Assembly: GCA_013239625.1 (NCBI GenBank)
Contig: MU053652.1
Span: 8,269,303 to 8,333,026, forward strand
DNA length: 63,724 nucleotides
Direction: 5' to 3'
DNA from: Lama guanicoe
Taxonomy: Eukaryota
A program made the translations under genes and the position numbers. Below are positions 62,464 through 63,724 of the stretch, piece by piece. Under the pieces are notes generated by a model. That model saw nothing but the letters and a program-made list of their open reading frames with translations, was not told the origin of the DNA and did not search any database. Numbering within the stretch: position 1 is the first letter of the stretch; every line of letters begins with the position of its first letter.

Positions 62464-63039
62464 GTCCCTCTGTTTTAGGAGTAGGGGCTTGATAAGAAAG
62501 TAGAAAAAGAGAAGTAAGAGAACAAAATTAAAGAGCTCAATGAGAGACAAAGATGCTATAGCTAGAGAGAACAGGTGATGAAGCATTTCCAGGGATAAAA
62601 TGAAGCAATTTTCCCCTTTATCTCAGAGATGATTCTACAGATCAAACATTCAGGGTGTCTTTGGAGTTGCAGCACATTCAGACAGGGATAATTCTGTTTT
62701 TCTCCTATTCTAGGCTTTGAGTTTAAGATATGGGGACAAGGAGGCATTTCCTACAAATTCTGGGAGGGTAGCTGTCAGAGACAATAGATATGGTGCCTTA
62801 GCCAGATGCAGCTGTAATCCCCTGGGACGTAGATGCAAAAATATGAAATGTACATAAGTGTTTAGGGGAAGCTCTGCAGACAAGACGTAAATTTGAACTT
62901 CACATTGAAGAATGGATAAGTATTCAGAATAGGTTATGAGTCTAAGGATTCAGCTTAAGCAAAATGACCCTTCTTGGAAGCGTGTTTCTGATTTGAAAGT
63001 TGGACCCAGCAATAAAGATAAAAGGGAAGGTCCAAAAGA

Positions 63040-63195
63040 GGTAGTAACCCAGGGCTTAGCAAATTTTAACTTAATTAATAATCAACTGGGGAACTTGAAT
63101 ATGGTGATCTGGACTCAGTATGTCTGGGGAAAAGCCTGAGAATCTGCATTTCTCACAAGCTCCCAGTCCATGGACCACACAGCCAGTAGGCAGAG
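63040..63195. mobile_element. MER5A-like MITE
   Basis: AATCA.CTGGGGAACTTG...GACTCAGTA.GTCTGGGG...GCCTGAGAATCTGCATTTCTCACAAGCTCCCAG...CCATGGACCACAC. Confidence 0.75.
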
Positions 63196-63399
63196 AAATC
63201 CAAATGAGCAATCCAGGTATTGATGCGGGAATGGTAAAAGCAAGATGGTAAAAGGCAGCGTTTTTATTACCGGAGATTTTACTTAAATACTAAGGCCAAA
63301 TGGGAAAGAGAATGAATTTGATGGTGCAGAGTTACTGTACACAACCGCAAAGCACAAGTCAGCCTCTAAAGGGGAAGCTCTCCTCGAATCTGGAGAGTT

Positions 63400-63612
63400 G
63401 TTGACCTGGAAGAATATGATCTCAGTGTTACCAAATTCCTTAGTTTGTCAAGAGAAGCCAGAAATTCAGGTTTTATTTCTAACGTGAAATCTGTTGATTT
63501 ACCAATCTTGACCCAAATTAAATGCGCACGTGCACACACACACACACTCCCCTCATTGTAAGTCAGATAAGCTGTATTTTCTTGCTAGAGTTGGCCATTA
63601 GCTTGCAACTAC
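63400..63612. mobile_element. MER102/MER103-like hAT-Charlie element, opposite orientation to the 34110 copy, with internal (CA)n
   Basis: CAGTGTTACCAAAT...TCAAGAGAAGCCAGAAAT.CAG.TTTT...GTGAAATCT..TGATTT. Confidence 0.65.
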
Positions 63613-63724
63613 TTCATTTAAATAGTCAAACTTGGTCAAAGGGCCCAAGAGGCCAGAATATAGTCATAGGCAGGTAGAAGCTGTCACTTAAGAGTATCTG
63701 GGGGCTTACTGGTATGAACGTTAT

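Overview
AT-rich, CpG-depleted placental-mammal genomic DNA that looks intronic or intergenic. The youngest LINE-1 3' ends (e.g. 17561-17714) resemble what I recall of camelid (alpaca/camel) L1, and I saw no Alu, Bov-tA, PRE-1 or Can-SINE; this taxon call is from memory. I recognise no protein-coding gene, tRNA, rRNA or CRISPR array. The short ORFs are chance frames or translations of decayed repeats. Much of the window is interspersed repeats: MIR, L2, CR1/L3, several L1 age classes, MaLR/ERVL LTRs and hAT MITEs. Repeat family names come from recalled consensus motifs and boundaries are approximate unless target-site duplications (TSDs) fix them. I found no convincing new biological system. 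The best observations are: (1) a TSD-flanked ~340-bp mini-L1 joining the extreme L1 5' end to the 3' end (26404-26740); (2) a TSD-flanked non-L1 polyadenylated retrocopy with an apparent twin-priming inversion (30954-31271); (3) a ~200-bp (CA)n-bounded tandem duplication (9310-9709); (4) a perfect estrogen-response palindrome beside a GATA site in unique sequence (20764-20785); (5) a few low-confidence exon candidates.
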